Below are positions 40,301 through 51,200 of a DNA stretch of 64,000 nt, in pieces. Each line of letters opens with the position of its first letter. Positions within the stretch are counted from its first letter, which is position 1. The DNA is taken from positions 32,001-96,000 of the forward strand of contig OY760937.1 in NCBI GenBank assembly GCA_963664225.1. The letters run 5' to 3'. The notes beneath the pieces were generated by a model. That model saw only the letters and a list, made by a program, of their open reading frames with translations. It made no database searches and was not told the DNA's origin. Source of the stretch: Verrucomicrobiia bacterium (GTDB lineage Bacteria > Verrucomicrobiota > Verrucomicrobiia > Limisphaerales > UBA1319). The position numbers were made by a program, and so were the translations under genes.

Positions 40301-40537
40301 AGCCTGGCCGCCGGAAGCAGCGGTTCCAAGGGTTTGACGATCACCTGGAATGCCCTTGCCAATGCGACCAATTACATCGATTTTGCCACCAATTACACGG
40401 CTGCGAACCTCAATGCTCTGGATTGGCAGGTTTTCACGAATTTCGTTCAGGGACCGTTGACGGAAACCGTCACGGTGAAACTGCCCGTGGAATCCGGGGA
40501 TCTGCGGCTCTATCGGGTGCGGGTCGTGGCTCCTTGA
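37331..40537 (+). CDS. Large exported beta-rich protein of unknown function
   Basis: Signal peptide MKRFLLAVML...AVRA; Ser/Thr/Asn-rich; DSDADGVVNALD; terminal W...RLYRVRV. Confidence 0.7.
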   Translation: MKRFLLAVMLGALCGATAVRATDPIYANYGLVTTPPQIDATIFLNAGQLDFSTASSGIGLGASVPFDTQYTLYYTNRGLMNSPFGWRFDYVTEEERMPAETFVNEQTIIAQDATTISIGSRSSGTYGLSGSSYMSISATNIFSSGLMAAGSGGLVKIEGQNVDMSNSGTSASDASLSGMGYLYSTVFSRGLEGDTNYLNPSQVMDLFWGIGVNQVVGGDGQVLQVAGGVFGPTSASSPVFQAFDTSGYTNSLSLPATSFFLSTNNTGTNALGTNYQSTNYLGMNLYYLQSPQMAFFYTNQTAGGGGWVEGVYVTSNVFDTNINIQVRFLPLSTGTNGGSQALIEFTSLEDDVISGTRYTNYLYLLDRSMLQTNSTLKENYVSTAFRPSAFQITRATPFNWYVAVPSNTAYSPLLFDNPSYVTSVVTNSYSAYSIQLGENAVVQNNANQGSLNFSYYGYYSNPSLTDPTNYSGRVELLGLDAEADPLSDQLNLRNARIRSDGLLTIKTKNLVSTEGTLIDAPLITVDLGSPNQTLVVSNLFATSVNRMKGTLSVYSAQWTNQISSISVSNAPGGTGTTVTTNMVDVKFHVMIVDHTLTSKQAVVANDVSLRANNMIVADDLNIQRNLYVDGNSLTLDGTFAVQNGIGATNMPTLMNFTNNGTMMVPLHFVVGADRGTPFNSVVNHGTLTAGGYQARAGTWIAESTNTISYGGLYTSTNVTATNLSYVSAYSGAVKVEAGSAIINNAAVVAQTDVSIGANDFYAANSVISAGSKVTAGAGAEVVLAGVLSINATNSVYDGGLAASNYWRVIGSAQMLTRPAYGDLLGTTIETIAPKLSVVKHVWAGENRGASTAGFTNNGALGTMILDASIGSHIRFLGNGTNKALYVDYLEFRNYATNFASVLDVDPSITVYFANANLPVKKLDGKFNGHLRWVNQFAGPFSGTDWVSPITGTTYRVNTALLNSTEIDSDADGVVNALDSTPFYLGENMALSLAAGSSGSKGLTITWNALANATNYIDFATNYTAANLNALDWQVFTNFVQGPLTETVTVKLPVESGDLRLYRVRVVAP

Positions 40538-40592
40538 TGGCTTGGTTGGAAGTAATGGGGTGGTTTGTTTGAATACAGACGTTGGAGATTTT

Positions 40593-43500
40593 ATGCGCAA
40601 AGTTTTGTCAAATCTGGTGCGGAAATGGTGGAATAAGAACGCGATGGCAGGCATCGCTCTGGGCATGGCATTGGTGTGCGGTCAAAACGCCCTTGCACAA
40701 ACCAATACCAACACCACCAACAACGCCAGCATGGCGGGCACTTTGCAATTTGCCGCAGCGGAATATTTTACAAGCGAGAGCTCAACGGCCACGGCCGGGG
40801 GACTCAATTATCCGGGCGCCTGGATTACGGTGGCCCGGACCGGTGCTTTTACAGGCCGCATTTTGGTGGACTGGATGACGACCACCAACGGGGCTACTGC
40901 AAAGGCCGGCACGGATTACACGGCTTCCACTGGAACCCTCGTGTTCGACAACGGACAAAGCTCCGCATTTTTTGTTGTTCCGATCACAGATAATACGGGC
41001 ACCTCCAACAAGGTGTCGTTATCCTCACTTGTGCCGGATCTGAGTTTCAGTGTCATGCTGACCAATGCGCGGCCTGCAGCGGTGGAAGATAGTTCACTTG
41101 TGCCTGCGATCGGGAGCCAGTCCACCGCCAAGGTGAGCATCCAGGATGACGATTACAGTTTCAATATTCAGCGCAGCGATTATCACGTGAGCGAGTCGGA
41201 CGGAACGGTGACTGTCACAGTGACGTTGCCGCCGGGAATGGAGGCGGGCACTGTCGATTACCAAACGGCGAGCTCGGGATTCAATCCGCAGCCCGGATCG
41301 GCGGTTGCGATTGCGGGTGTGGATTATGAAAGCACCAGCGGGACATTGGATTTTGCGGCCGGGGATACCCAGAAGACGATCACGTTAACCATATTGCAGA
41401 ATGACCAGGCACAATTTAATCGTGATTTTGTAATCAGGCTTACCAATCCGTCGATTCAAATCTCGTCTCCCGTTACGAATATCACCGTGGTGACCAATGA
41501 AGATGGCACTAAATCGACGAATTCTGAAGTTGCAGATGTGCAAACAAACCTCCCGATGGGTCGGATTTCCCAGGCCATCGTCACGATTTACAATGATGAT
41601 CCCCCCGCTGGCGCGGTGGATCCCAGCTTTCTGGCCAGCTCCTCAAAAAACACGGAACCCCCCTACAATCCCTTGCCGGGCGCGAACAGCACCGTCAATG
41701 CAATGGCGATTCAGAATGGCAAGGTCATCGTGGGTGGTGATTTCACCACATTCAACGCCCTATCCAAGGGCAGAATTGCCCGACTGGATGGCGTGACTGG
41801 TGAACTGGATCCCACATTCGATGCGGGCACCGGGATGGATGGATCTGTGGGCGCGCTGGCCGTAAGACCGGATGGAAGAATCGCGGTGGGCGGGGCGTTC
41901 ACATCCATCAGCGGTATTTCCCGTTATTCACTGGCCCGATTGCTTCCTGATGGGGGAATCGATGCGGCCTTTAATCCGGGCACATCGATTAACGGCGCGG
42001 TCAGGGATCTGGCTTTCACGCCCAATGGCACCAGACTTTTGATCGCCGGGGATTTTACGCTGGTTCAAGGACGCAATCGCAATGGCGTGGCCAGGCTTCT
42101 TGACGATGGTTCCGTCGATAACACATTCGATCCGGGATTGGGGGCCAATGGCCCGGTATATGCGGTGTTGCAGCAGCCTGACGGGAAAATCCTCATCGGC
42201 GGCGATTTCACATCGGTGGGAGGGCAGAACTTCGATTCCATTGCCCGTTTGAATGCCGATGGCTCGCTGGATACAAGTTTTGTAGGGACCACTGTGGACG
42301 GCGCCGTTTACTCGCTGGATCAGCGCAGGCAGGCGACCGCGGCCTTCTCGGGAACCTTCAACGAGAACATTACAGGAGATGTCACCAACACCGTTTCCCT
42401 TGGAGTGGGGCAGGGGACCATCAGCCTGAACTACGCGTTTGGCGCGATGACCAATGACACGGTGCTGAGCAATACGTTGTCCATCTATTACCAGGGCAAT
42501 TTGGTGACGCAACGCATTCTGAACGCAACGACGACGAACGATGTCATCGGGTCCCTGAATGTTTCCTTCGGCCCGGGCGCTTCCGGCAGTTTCGATGTCG
42601 TTGTCAGCGCGCAGAGCGTTCCGTGGTTTTACACAGGAACTGCGGTGAGCACCAGCGGGGACGTTGGGCGCATCGTGATCGGCGGGTCTTTCACATCCGT
42701 CAACCTGGCCAGTCGCAGCGGTCTCGCCCAATTAAATTCCGATGGAACATTGGACACGACTTTCGATCCAGGAACGGCGGCGGAGGATGGACCGGTCTAT
42801 TCGGTTCAGATTGGCTCGGATGGCAAGGTGTATGCGGCTGGCGCGTTCACGACATTCAACGGCACACAACGCTCCGGCATAGCCCGCACGCTTTCAAACG
42901 GTTTCCTGGATACGTCGTTCATGGATACCGCCTTCAACCAGTATGCGGGATTGGCCAGCGTCACATCCGTGGATCCGCGTCCGTTCATTAATGCGATCCA
43001 ATTAAACAATAATGGGGATGTGTTGATCGGCGGCTTCTTCTCCTGGGTGGGCGGCAATTATTCGCAGGATTACTACAACGACACCTCCCTGTATGGAGTG
43101 ACGGCGCCCGGTTATGATTTTCATCCTGATCGCAGCACGAAGGTGGCTCGCAATAATTTCGCAAGGCTCAAAGGCGGTTCCACTCCGGGGCCTGGAAATC
43201 TGCAGTTCGATCGCGAAAATTATTTTGTGGATGAAAACGGCGGTTCCGTGAGCATCACCGCGCAGCGGTTAAACGGGACGATGGGGAGTGTCTCGCTGTT
43301 TTTAACCACCAGGGATGGAACCGCTCTTGCGGGTGAGGATTACAAAGCGGTTACCAACCAGACCATGAATTGGGCCGATCAGAGCGTGAGGAATGGGTTG
43401 CTGCAAATTTCCATTTTCAACGATCACAAGGCGGAAGGGGATCAATCCTTCAAATTGGTCGCCAGCGTGCCGCGCTTGAGCTACATGAACTTGGGAGGGG

Positions 43501-46500
43501 TGCCTGTGCCCATCGGAGTGGCCCTGGGTCGCAAGGTGGCCACGGTTAACATAGCCGATGCGGATGTTCCCGATGTGTTTTTCAACTTCAGCACCGCGAG
43601 TTATTTTGCCGATGAAAATGGCGGTGTTGCGCAAATTGCTGTGAATCGCTCGGGATCCTCGGCCGGGCGCGTCTGGGTGAAATACGCCACATCGACGAAT
43701 GCAGCCGGCGGGATTCTCGCTCAGACCGGGCTTAACTACACACCGGTCAGCGGAACGCTGACCTTCGAGTCGGGCCAGACAAACAAGAGCTTTTTGGTGC
43801 CCATTTTGGACAATACCCTGGTTGAGCCGGACAAGGTTTTTGGCCTGGCCATTTCCAACCCGGGCGGGCCGGGAGCGAAATTGGGGACGGTGACCAATTC
43901 GGTGGTGACGATCGTGGATAACGATTACGCCCCGGGTCGTTTGAGTTTCACCGCAACGAATTATTCGAGTCTGGAGAATAGCGGTGCCGCCACGATATCA
44001 GTGCGTCGGCGCGGCGGAAATTTGGGCGTGGTGTCCGCGGACTACTACCTCGCGGATAATACCGCTTTTGCCAATGTGAACTATATGCCGGTGAGCGGCC
44101 ACCTTGAATGGCAAAGCGGCGAATCCGGCGAGAAAAGCTTCGACGTGCCATTGGTCAACAATTCCATTGTCGAAAGTAACAAGACAGTTCGTCTGGTGCT
44201 TACGAATTTCGTGACCGCGCTTCCGGGCACATTTACAAATTCATTGCTCACCATTGTCGATGACGATGCGTTCGGCAAACTGCAGTTGTCGCAGACCACC
44301 GCGCAGGTGTTGGAAAATGAAGGCTCCCTGGTCCTGTACGTGAATCGCATCGGCGGCATTGCCGGCGAGGTGAGCGTGCAGGTGACCACCTCCCCAATCA
44401 CCGCCAGGCCGAATGTGGATTTCGTTCCTTCAACCAATATCGTGACATTGTCATCCGGACAGTTGAGCACGAATGTCACCATCCAGATTTTGGACGATGG
44501 CGCGGCTGGAAACAACCGCACCTTTGCAGTGAAATTGTCGAATCCGGTGAATGCGAGTTTGGGCTCTGTGACCAATACGACCGTCATGATCATCGATCGG
44601 GAATCCTACAATCTGCCTCCCGGCCAGACAGATCCGACCTATGTCAGCGCATCGGGAGCCAATGCCACCATTTACACATTGGGGATGCTGACGAATGGCA
44701 ACTTGCTTGTCGCAGGAGATTTTACGAAATTTAACGGCGCCACGCGCAGCCGCATGGCCCGGTTGCTGCCCAGCGGCGCTCTGGATTCCAATTTCGATGT
44801 TGGAGCCGGCCCCTCGCAATCGGTTCGCACCCTCCTGGTTCAGGATTCGGGGAAGATTTTGATCGGCGGACTTTTCACCAACGTGAGCGGATTCAACCGG
44901 AATTACATTGCCCGATTGAATGCGGATGGTTCGCTGGATATGCAGTTTAATCCGGGCGGCGGCGCGGATAATCCGGTCTATGCGATCCTGACGCAAAACG
45001 ACGGCAAAATTATTTTGGGCGGCGACTTTGCAACTTACAACGGAGTCAATCGCAACCACATTGTCCGTGTGGGCACGGATGGTGTGATTGACACCTCGTT
45101 CGATCCAGGAGCGGGCATTAACGGCACGGTTAACGCGCTGGCCCTGCAGAATGACGGGAAGATCGTGGTCGCAGGCCGGTTTACCAGCGTCGATAATCTC
45201 CAGCAGGTCTCCGTGGCCCGGTTGAATCCGGATGGTTCCGTGGATGGGAGTTTTTCGGTCGGGCTCGGGCCGGATGCGACAGTGCGCGCGCTGGCCATTC
45301 AGAACGACGGACGCATTCTTGTCGGCGGGTTGTTCACTTCGTTCGATGGATTGGCCTCAGGGCGGTTGCAGCGGCTCAATTCGGATGGCTCCGTGGATCA
45401 AACCTTTGTTGCCGGCCTTGGAGCGGACAACGCCATTTACACGATTCTGATCCAGCCTGACGGCAAGATTGTGGTCGGAGGGGACTTTACGATGTTTAAC
45501 GGAGTGGCCCGGAACCGGATCGCCCGGTTGCGCACGGATGGATCGGTGGATCCGACCATCAATTTCGGCAGCGGAGCCAACGGATTTGTCTCCGCGCTGG
45601 CCCTGCAGAGCGATCGGAAGATTCTCCTGGCGGGCGGGTTCACACAGTATAATGACGAGCCTCACGCCTATCTGGCGAGGATCAACGGTGGCGGTTCGGT
45701 GGATGCCGGACAAATGCAATTCAATCTGTCGCACTATTCCGTCCTTGAAACGGGAACGAACGCGGTGATTCGCGTGCTCCGGTCCGGCGGTTCGACAGGA
45801 GAAGTCACGGTCGATTTCGCGACCATCGACGATACGGCCCAAAGCGGCGTGAATTATCTGGGCTTTACCAACACCCTGACCTTTGCCGAAGGGGAGACTT
45901 ACAAAACGGTCACGGTGCCGGTGCTGCATGACAATGTCGCCACGGACGAAAAAAGCCTGAAACTGGCCCTCACCAATCTGACCGGCGGCGCGGTGCTCGG
46001 GCCTCAACCCTCGGCAACATTGTCGATCATCAATGTCGATATGGGGGTAGGCTTTACATCCCAGTCTTACAGTGTGAATGAAGGCGTTGGAAGCGGCCAG
46101 GCGACCATTACGGTGGCGCGGGCGGGGGGAACCAACGGGACGACCTCCGTGGATTTCTACACCCAGGACGGCTCGGCCATCAGCGGGATTCATTACAGGG
46201 CCACTTCTGGAACGATTTATTTCCTGCCCGGGGAATCAGTGAAAACCTTCCCTGTTGGAATTATCGATGAGAAGATCGTGGAGGGCAGCCACACGGTTCT
46301 GCTCTATTTAAGCAATGCCTCGGGCACGACGGCATTAACCACATCCAGCGCGGTGCTGACGATTGTGGATAACGATTTTTCACCGGGAACGCTGCGGTTT
46401 TCAGCCAGCAGCTATACGGTCGGCGAGAAGGGCACCAATGCGGTGATCAGTGTGAGCCGGGTTAACGGCTTCACCGGGATTGTCGCGGTGGATTTCGCGA

Positions 46501-48224
46501 CCAGCAACGGCACGGCAACGGCGGGTGTCAAATATGTGAGGACCGCCACGCGGCTGGCCTTTGCGGATGGCGAAACGTCCAAGACGGTTTTGATTCCAAT
46601 CATCGATGAGAGCGCCGTGGAGGGTGACCAATCGGTCATTCTGACCCTCTCGAATGTCTCCGGCGGAGCGACACTGGGCTCGCCCAGCGTTGTGACGCTT
46701 TCCATTGTCGATGACGATTTCGGACCGGGAAGTCTCGATAATAGTTTTGCAATCGGCGCGGGCGCCAATGCGGCGGTCACGTCTGTGGCGCTGCAACCCG
46801 ATGGGCGCATCGTTCTCGGCGGTTTGTTTACGGCATTTAACAACGCAAGCCGGACGTATCTGGCGCGTTTGAATCTGAACGGTTCGCTCGATGCGGGGCT
46901 GAATCCAACCATCGACGGCGCGGTGAGTTCAGTGGCATCGCTGGATGATGGACGCATTGTGTTTGGCGGAGAGTTTCGCAATGTCAACGGCGCAAGCCGC
47001 AGTTGGGTGGGCCGTCTGGCCACCAACGGGCTGTCGGATCCGGGCTTCTTTGCCTCGGCGGGCATGGATGCCTCGGTCAATATGGTGCTGCCAATGGCTG
47101 GAATGCGCACGGTGGTTGGTGGTAACTTCACCACGCCGGCGGGTCGCGCAATTCGCATCAACGACAATGGCACATTGGATGTGACCTTCAATCCGGATGG
47201 CGGAAGCGATGGTTCCGTGTATGCCGCGGCGCTCCTGCCCGATGGCAGCGTGGTGCTGGGTGGAAGCTTTTCCAGCATGGGCGGTTTGGCGCGCAACGGA
47301 TTTGCCCGTGTGAATGCGTCTGGGTTGATCGAGCCGGGCTATGGCAAAGGCAGCGGCGCGGATGGCCCCGTGTATGCCGTGGCGGCCCAGGCGGATGGCC
47401 GGGTGATTTTAGGCGGAAGTTTCTCATCGATCAACGGTGTGCCTTGTCAGGGCATTGCCCGGTTGCAGAAGAACGGGTCTGTGGATCTGGATTTTGCGGC
47501 GAGGGCATCGGTGAATGGGGCGGTCTATGCCCTGGCGGTCCAGACGGATGGCAAAATCTTTGTGGGCGGTGAATTCACCACAGCCAGTGGCGGGAATCGG
47601 ACACGCTTTGCCCGGCTCAACCGGGATGGTTCCCTGGACACCGCGTTTTTGCCGGGAACCGGCGCGAACGGCCCGGTCTATTCGATCGCCATCCAATTGG
47701 ATGGCAAGGTGGTCATTGCGGGTGATTTTACATCGGTAAGCGGGGCGTCCCGAAATCGCATTGCGCGGTTGCTGGGAGATACGGAGTTTAAGGGTCTGAT
47801 GGGGCAGGCGAGCCTGGTCAATGGACAAAGCTTGCAGCTTTATCTGGCCACGCAACCCGGCGGAGTCTATGCGCTTCAAGCGTCCCAGGATCTGACGAAC
47901 TGGACGAGCCTGAGCACGAATGTCGCCACGGGATCGCCGACGGTCTTTACGGATGCCAGTGTTGCCGGCATAAGCCCGCGGTTCTACCGGGCGCAATGGC
48001 TGGTGCCGTATTTGCTGTCTGTGGATCTGCAAACGAACGGGAGTCTGGTCACCTTCAGCGTTCAGGCAGGTGTGGCCTATGTGATTCAGGCCTCCAATAA
48101 TCAGATCGATTGGGGCACGTTGACCACGAACACTTCCCCAACGACGAAATTGCAGTATTTCGATCGTGGAGCGATTGGCCAGTCGCAACGATATTATCGC
48201 GCGCAGCGGGCCCAGAAGCCGTGA
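40593..48224 (+). CDS. Giant Calx-beta plus Delta-60 repeat surface protein (about 2540 aa)
   Basis: Repeated DY...SGTL.F..G...KT..V.I.DD (Calx-beta) and QPDGKILIGGDFT...IARLN.DGSLD..F (Delta-60); two tandem C-terminal YxxQAS...W...YR domains. Confidence 0.88.
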   Translation: MRKVLSNLVRKWWNKNAMAGIALGMALVCGQNALAQTNTNTTNNASMAGTLQFAAAEYFTSESSTATAGGLNYPGAWITVARTGAFTGRILVDWMTTTNGATAKAGTDYTASTGTLVFDNGQSSAFFVVPITDNTGTSNKVSLSSLVPDLSFSVMLTNARPAAVEDSSLVPAIGSQSTAKVSIQDDDYSFNIQRSDYHVSESDGTVTVTVTLPPGMEAGTVDYQTASSGFNPQPGSAVAIAGVDYESTSGTLDFAAGDTQKTITLTILQNDQAQFNRDFVIRLTNPSIQISSPVTNITVVTNEDGTKSTNSEVADVQTNLPMGRISQAIVTIYNDDPPAGAVDPSFLASSSKNTEPPYNPLPGANSTVNAMAIQNGKVIVGGDFTTFNALSKGRIARLDGVTGELDPTFDAGTGMDGSVGALAVRPDGRIAVGGAFTSISGISRYSLARLLPDGGIDAAFNPGTSINGAVRDLAFTPNGTRLLIAGDFTLVQGRNRNGVARLLDDGSVDNTFDPGLGANGPVYAVLQQPDGKILIGGDFTSVGGQNFDSIARLNADGSLDTSFVGTTVDGAVYSLDQRRQATAAFSGTFNENITGDVTNTVSLGVGQGTISLNYAFGAMTNDTVLSNTLSIYYQGNLVTQRILNATTTNDVIGSLNVSFGPGASGSFDVVVSAQSVPWFYTGTAVSTSGDVGRIVIGGSFTSVNLASRSGLAQLNSDGTLDTTFDPGTAAEDGPVYSVQIGSDGKVYAAGAFTTFNGTQRSGIARTLSNGFLDTSFMDTAFNQYAGLASVTSVDPRPFINAIQLNNNGDVLIGGFFSWVGGNYSQDYYNDTSLYGVTAPGYDFHPDRSTKVARNNFARLKGGSTPGPGNLQFDRENYFVDENGGSVSITAQRLNGTMGSVSLFLTTRDGTALAGEDYKAVTNQTMNWADQSVRNGLLQISIFNDHKAEGDQSFKLVASVPRLSYMNLGGVPVPIGVALGRKVATVNIADADVPDVFFNFSTASYFADENGGVAQIAVNRSGSSAGRVWVKYATSTNAAGGILAQTGLNYTPVSGTLTFESGQTNKSFLVPILDNTLVEPDKVFGLAISNPGGPGAKLGTVTNSVVTIVDNDYAPGRLSFTATNYSSLENSGAATISVRRRGGNLGVVSADYYLADNTAFANVNYMPVSGHLEWQSGESGEKSFDVPLVNNSIVESNKTVRLVLTNFVTALPGTFTNSLLTIVDDDAFGKLQLSQTTAQVLENEGSLVLYVNRIGGIAGEVSVQVTTSPITARPNVDFVPSTNIVTLSSGQLSTNVTIQILDDGAAGNNRTFAVKLSNPVNASLGSVTNTTVMIIDRESYNLPPGQTDPTYVSASGANATIYTLGMLTNGNLLVAGDFTKFNGATRSRMARLLPSGALDSNFDVGAGPSQSVRTLLVQDSGKILIGGLFTNVSGFNRNYIARLNADGSLDMQFNPGGGADNPVYAILTQNDGKIILGGDFATYNGVNRNHIVRVGTDGVIDTSFDPGAGINGTVNALALQNDGKIVVAGRFTSVDNLQQVSVARLNPDGSVDGSFSVGLGPDATVRALAIQNDGRILVGGLFTSFDGLASGRLQRLNSDGSVDQTFVAGLGADNAIYTILIQPDGKIVVGGDFTMFNGVARNRIARLRTDGSVDPTINFGSGANGFVSALALQSDRKILLAGGFTQYNDEPHAYLARINGGGSVDAGQMQFNLSHYSVLETGTNAVIRVLRSGGSTGEVTVDFATIDDTAQSGVNYLGFTNTLTFAEGETYKTVTVPVLHDNVATDEKSLKLALTNLTGGAVLGPQPSATLSIINVDMGVGFTSQSYSVNEGVGSGQATITVARAGGTNGTTSVDFYTQDGSAISGIHYRATSGTIYFLPGESVKTFPVGIIDEKIVEGSHTVLLYLSNASGTTALTTSSAVLTIVDNDFSPGTLRFSASSYTVGEKGTNAVISVSRVNGFTGIVAVDFATSNGTATAGVKYVRTATRLAFADGETSKTVLIPIIDESAVEGDQSVILTLSNVSGGATLGSPSVVTLSIVDDDFGPGSLDNSFAIGAGANAAVTSVALQPDGRIVLGGLFTAFNNASRTYLARLNLNGSLDAGLNPTIDGAVSSVASLDDGRIVFGGEFRNVNGASRSWVGRLATNGLSDPGFFASAGMDASVNMVLPMAGMRTVVGGNFTTPAGRAIRINDNGTLDVTFNPDGGSDGSVYAAALLPDGSVVLGGSFSSMGGLARNGFARVNASGLIEPGYGKGSGADGPVYAVAAQADGRVILGGSFSSINGVPCQGIARLQKNGSVDLDFAARASVNGAVYALAVQTDGKIFVGGEFTTASGGNRTRFARLNRDGSLDTAFLPGTGANGPVYSIAIQLDGKVVIAGDFTSVSGASRNRIARLLGDTEFKGLMGQASLVNGQSLQLYLATQPGGVYALQASQDLTNWTSLSTNVATGSPTVFTDASVAGISPRFYRAQWLVPYLLSVDLQTNGSLVTFSVQAGVAYVIQASNNQIDWGTLTTNTSPTTKLQYFDRGAIGQSQRYYRAQRAQKP

Positions 48225-48268
48225 GCCGGGCAATGATTTGGATGGACACCCTAAAGAGATTGATTTGT

Positions 48269-51200
48269 ATGCGAACTTCGGAAATGAAAGCATTGGTTAA
48301 ATACGGTCGTCCGCAGCTATGGAGCGCGGCCTGTGCGGCGGTTCTTTTGTTGCTCACCGTCGCCGGTTTGCACGCGCAGACCACGAACGTGCCACCCGCC
48401 GTCGTGCAGTTTGCTTCTGCGACATACACTGTGGAGGAGAACACTCCGGGCTATGCCGTGGTCACGGTAAGGCGCACCGGCGATCTCTTCGGCGACATTA
48501 ACTCGGTCGATTATACCGCCACGGACGGGACTGCGGTCGGCGGGATCGACTTTCTGCCTGTCAGCGGGACGCTCGAATTTTTCCCCGGGCAAAATTATCA
48601 GAGCTTCTTTATCTGGATCTTTGACGATTTCATCCAGAACGGCAATCGCACGATCAATTTAACCCTCAGCAACCCGGTTGGCACCAACCTGGTCATGGGC
48701 GCCCAATCCGCGGCCGTGCTGACGATCATCGACGACGAATCCGCAAACAATTATTCCAGCTCGGGCGTGGTCGAAGTGGCCCCTGGCAACTCACTGAATA
48801 TTGGGAGTAACAGAGGAGATTATGAAATCACCCAGGAGGAATGGCGTTGGAGGGATAGTGATGACGGCCCGAGAGGCGCCCAGGTTACGATTGTCCGTCG
48901 CGGTGGAACCAAGGGCAAGGTGCTGGTGGACTTTTATACGACGACCAATATTGTGCCGAGCTATGTTTCCTCGATTTATTCATACTATTACGACTTTTTC
49001 TACGGGTATGCCGGCGGTTATGCGCTTCCGGGTGTCCATTTCATCCCAACCAATGGCACCGTCGCGCTGGAGGACTTCCAGACCAGCACGAACATTTTGA
49101 TCAAAATTCCGCCAATCAGCTATGGACATAATTTTACAACCAACACATTTGGTGTAACCAACGTTGATTTTACCTTCACGATTCCCCCCTCCAGTTTTGG
49201 TGTGGGGTTGACGAATCTGAGGGCAGCGCCGGAAGAGGATCCCAGCCTTATCCAACCCGTCCTTGGTGTCAGTGTGCGTAACGTGAATGTCATTGACAAT
49301 ACGGATGGATTCTCGTTCATCCGAATGCACCACGTTGTTGATGAAGGCGTGGGCATTGCCAATGTCTATGTTTACCGGTCTGCTGATCTCCGTGAAAGCG
49401 TGACGGTGCGCGCCTGGGTCAACGATAGGTCAAGTGGCAGTTCTGAAGGGGACCACCAATGGAATTCCTTCCCGTTGGAGGCGGAGTCGGATTATGCCTC
49501 TGCTTTTCTGGATTACCTTCCGCCGGGCAGCGGCGCTTGGTGGCGTGCCATTACACCCGCCGATCAGTCTCCTGGTTCAGGAGATTGTGTGTTCACCTGG
49601 CCTGCGCTTGATATCGGAGATAACCAAGGATGCAAAGTAATACGCATCCCCATCATTCAAGACAACTTGGTCGAGTTTGCTGAAGACATGAAGATTGAGC
49701 TCTATCAGAGGGAAGGGGATGTGGGCTTTATCAATCAATGGTGCGCGTACTCCACATTAACAATCAAGTTCGACGATCAGGTTGCCGGGGCCGCGGACCG
49801 GGATTTCAACCGTGAAAACGATGCGTTGACCAGCCCGCCGTATAATTTGGTTCCGGGCGCGAATAAACCGGTGCAGGCCATTGTGGTCCAGCCGGACGGT
49901 AAGATTGTCATTGGCGGTGATTTTACCGCGTTCAATACGACGCCTCGCAATTCGATTGCCCGTGTGAACCAGGATGGTCAGCTCGACACCTCGTTCAACC
50001 CCGGTCTTGGAGCGGACAACTATGTCAGCGCCGTGGCCTTGCAGCCGGATGGGCGGATACTGATTGGCGGCGGATTTACTTCCGTGAACGCCTCCTTGCG
50101 GTATGGCATTGCCCGTTTGCTGCCCAATGGTGCGGTGGATCCCACCTTCAATCCCGGGATTGGAGCGGATGGTCCCGTGCGCGCCGTTTCCTTGCAGTCC
50201 GACGGCAAGATTCTGATCGGTGGCGAGTTTATTTACTATAACGGAACCAATCGCAATTATCTCGCGCGCCTGAACTCGGATGGTTCGCTCGATACGACCT
50301 TCGATCCGGGTGACGGTCCCAATGGTCCCGTGTATTCGATGGCATTGACGGCAGGAGCCATGAATATCAACCGACAGGCGTCCGGTGGACAGGCCGAAGA
50401 CCGGTTTCCTGTCGATAGCGGCAGCATGCAGGGATCGATCACCGTAACTTATGATTTTCTGACCATACCGGATACCCTCCGTATTTATAATGGAAACGAT
50501 CTGCTTCTGGACACGGGTTTGATTAACGGGGTCGGCACGGTCACGGTTCCCTACTCCGGTTCGAGCAGCTACCTGACGGTTGTGATCAACGAAGGAAATA
50601 ATTCCTCCGAGGGTACGCAATGGCGTTACTCCCTGGCCATTAATCCCGTGGTGGATGAGCGTCCTGTCATCGGAGGTAATTTTACATCCTTCAATGGAAT
50701 CGAGATGAACTATGTGACCCGGCTGAATCCCGATGGGTCCGTGGATCAGAGCTTCACTCCTGGAACTGGACCGGACGACGTGGTGTATGCCGTGGCCAAG
50801 CAGGGTAACAAGGTGGTCATCGGCGGCGCCTTTACATCCGTTGACATTCGCAATCGGCGCGGTGTGGCGCGTTTGAATGAGGATGGCACGCTGGATACCA
50901 CCTACGACACGGGTTCCGGCACCGATAACACGGTTTATTCGATCACGGTGCAGGCCAACGGCCAGGCCGTGCTGGGCGGTGTCTTCAATGCGTTCAACGG
51001 CACTCGGCGCATCGGTTTGCTGCGGTTGAATCTGGACGGCACCCTGGACACCTCCTTCATGGACACGGCGTATAATCAGTTCGCCGGTGTGATTGCTCCG
51101 TTAAGCAGGGAGAATCCTTTAACGCAGCCGAACTTCATTTCGGCCGTGGCCCCGTACCGCCAGACCAGCGCGTCGGTCTTTGTGGTGACCAACATCACGA